The notes beneath the pieces are model-generated. The model did no database searches. It was not told where the DNA came from and saw only the letters and a program-made list of their open reading frames with translations. A program made the translations under genes and the position numbers. Positions 52,191-64,000 of a stretch of 64,000 bases of DNA are shown piece by piece. This DNA is from Ostrea edulis (taxonomy: Eukaryota): NCBI RefSeq assembly GCF_947568905.1, contig NC_079170.1, forward strand, positions 35,960,001 to 36,024,000, written 5' to 3'. How positions within the stretch are numbered: the stretch's first letter is position 1; every line of letters starts with the position of its first letter.

Positions 52191-52326
52191 TACATGATGA
52201 ATATCTGTGTGCATACTTGAAGTCACATGACTATGATGCTGTCATTTGCTATTCCAAAAGGAGGCCACAGTGACCTACTTTTAGGTTGTGACACATTCCC
52301 CTCCTACAATGCATCAACAGACCAAG

Positions 52327-52530
52327 TGTATAATGATGACCCTAAGCCTCCCAGTCTGACCCAGTTAGATTGCATAATGATGACCCTAAGCCTCCCAGTC
52401 TGACCCAGTTAGATTGTATAATGATGACCTTAAGCCTCACAGTCTGACCCAGTTAGATTGTATAATGATGACCCTAAGCCTCACAGTCTGACCCAGTTAG
52501 ATGTATAATGATGACCCTAGACTTCCCAGT
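52327..52530. repeat. 44-bp tandem repeat, about 4.5 copies
   Basis: TAATGATGAC at 52331, 52375 and 52419. Confidence 0.9.
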
Positions 52531-52743
52531 CTGCTGGTGAGTCTAAATAATTGTTGATCCTCTATCGTGATGTTGAAGCAGAGCTGATGTTTCCACGATA
52601 TTGTTAAATGTGTCATATACCATCTTACCATTAGCTTTTCTTGTGAATTTGAAATAATTATTTCGAAGTTAAAACCTTCAACTCCTAGTTAAAAAGATTA
52701 TCATGTAGCTTATACATGTACATATATTTATCCAAGACATTAA

Positions 52744-53241
52744 AGGGTCTGATTCTCGATTTTCCCACATTTTTTTTTTTTTTTGCTTTAATTTAATGAT
52801 CAAAATCTACAGTGTAATGTGTTTGATTTCACAAACAAATAGTTATACATTATCACAGAAACTGATCTTAGAGAGTTTTTTGTTTCTTTTGTAAACAAAC
52901 ATTGTGGTATGTTATTGTTTATGAAGTTTTCAAAAGAAATGGATATCGATCTAAGTTTAAAATATCCATCACATTTCATGTATGTCATTTAAAAGTAAAA
53001 TTTCTGACTGTGCAAAATTAAGATGCTTTCAAATAACAAAATTAACATTTCACTGGTTTGTTTGTAAACACAAAAAGACTTGAGTCTTTGTTTACATAAC
53101 ATAGATTTAACTTAGGCTTAAATATTGCTTTTATTCTTGCATTTAGAAGGTCAAACTTTAGGCTGTCAATATTAATTGAGTTATATTTCTAATGCTTAAC
53201 ATCAAAAAGAAAAAAAAAATTAAAAACATAAACCAGTCCCT
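52744..53241. mobile_element. Kolobok-like MITE, 498 bp
   Basis: TTAA flanks, AGGG(T/A)CTG TIR and an interior homologous to 9626-10133. Confidence 0.82.
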
Positions 53242-53374
53242 TTAAAAGGGAATTCCTGTGAATTATCAAGAAAATATTATAAAGTTTTATATGATAAACA
53301 ACTATTTGGGAATACTGTCTTCTCCCTGTCCAGTTTACATCGAGCTAGAAATGAGAAGATGCCCGATTCCTACA

Positions 53375-53707
53375 TTTAGGACTTGTTCACAATAGGGAGA
53401 GGGCGACTTTGTTCATAAAAACATTAGGACTTGTTCACTTGTTTCCAACTGAGTGACCTGTTCATAATCATTAGGACTTATCCACAACAGGGTTGACCGT
53501 TCATAATCTTAGGATTTGTTCACAACTAAGTTGACCATTCATAATCATTTGGACTTGTTCACAACTGGGTTGACTGTTCATTAACATTAGGACTTGTTCA
53601 CAACTAGGTAAACTGTTTATGAACATTAAGACTTGTTCGCAAATGAGTTGACTGTACATAAATTAACATTAGGACTTGTTCAGAACTGGGTAAACTGTTT
53701 ATGAACA

Positions 53708-53727
<20 letters not shown>
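53375..53727. repeat. ~39-bp tandem repeat overlapping the SLC35E3 stop codon
   Basis: Recurrent CATTAGGACTTGTTCACAAC; the unit at about 53707 includes the TAA. Confidence 0.85.
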
Positions 53728-63236
<9,509 letters not shown>

Positions 63237-63476
63237 CGTTGAACTGTGGTGGGAATATGGGTAACAGAGGTAGCAGGCTGGGTTGTGTACCGTTGTCGCT
63301 TATGTCATCGCAGAATGTTGGGGAACGACTTCCTGTTTCGACCCCTTACATCATTGTCTATAACATTAGGAGTGGATCAAGGGGAACGGTGATCCCGATA
63401 CATGTTTTGTGATCGGAAAGATTATTGCCTGCCTATCCATCCGTGAATTGAGCATGAAAATCTAAAATAATTATTT

Positions 63477-63873
63477 CAAGGGTCAAAAGTATTTCTGCAG
63501 TGCTAATTTTCACTGTATATTCATTGTACAACTTTCATTTTTAAAACCTCAACAAAATTTGATAATTAAAGTTATCACTATGAAATTTTCCGAATATATA
63601 CAGAATTCACTCAAGATTCGTGACAAATGCTACTTTTAGTGTTATTTTTTGTGGGTCGATTTATGAATTACTAGGCATAGACTTTTTAAAATGTGTAAAA
63701 TTAAGTTCAAATAAAGTTCTTACAACATGACTATCCTATGCATAATTTGTGAAATTTTTCTCTGCAGAAGAAATATTTTCATGATAGGTGCTTTAAAAAA
63801 ATGATTTATTCAATGATTTACAGATGTGGATATATAATGAAAATTATCAGTGCAGAAATACTTTTGACTCTTG
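63477..63873. mobile_element. MITE with ~35-bp TIRs upstream of SLC35E3
   Basis: CAAG(G/A)GTCAAAAGTATTTCTGCA(G/C)TG(C/A)TAATTT at both ends, inverted. The TSD is unclear. Confidence 0.72.
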
Positions 63874-64000
63874 AGTGTATTATATTTGGCCTATTTAAGA
63901 CATTCACCCCGACTTGTGAAATTTTTGAGCGGTACACGTTGTTTCCTACACATTAATTTTTAAAATTATCAAAAAAAAATTATAATAATGATAATAATAA

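Overview
AT-rich eukaryotic genomic DNA. The repeat landscape suggests a bivalve mollusc, probably an oyster; this is an inference. Three spliced genes were reconstructed by hand with phase-consistent GT-AG exon chains. (1) A CPED1-like gene on the minus strand: 10 coding exons from 17889 to 235, continuing past the left edge. (2) ZCRB1 (U11/U12-31K) on the plus strand: 6 exons, 214 aa. (3) SLC35E3 on the minus strand: 6 exons, 312 aa, with one U12-type intron. The rest is mobile DNA and minisatellite: two RTE-clade LINEs with target-site duplications (TSDs), TTAA-flanked Kolobok-like elements, hAT elements with 8-bp TSDs, Helentron-type satellite carriers, a Tc1 relic and about 15 tandem arrays. 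The main observations are: a twister-ribozyme remnant whose cleavage site coincides with the 5' end of one RTE; a miniature LTR element whose LTRs are tRNA-Thr-like; minisatellites that repeatedly duplicate splice sites; and a chain of AUGA-overlapped uORFs before the CPED1-like start. Family assignments rest on motifs recalled from memory, and no database searches were run.
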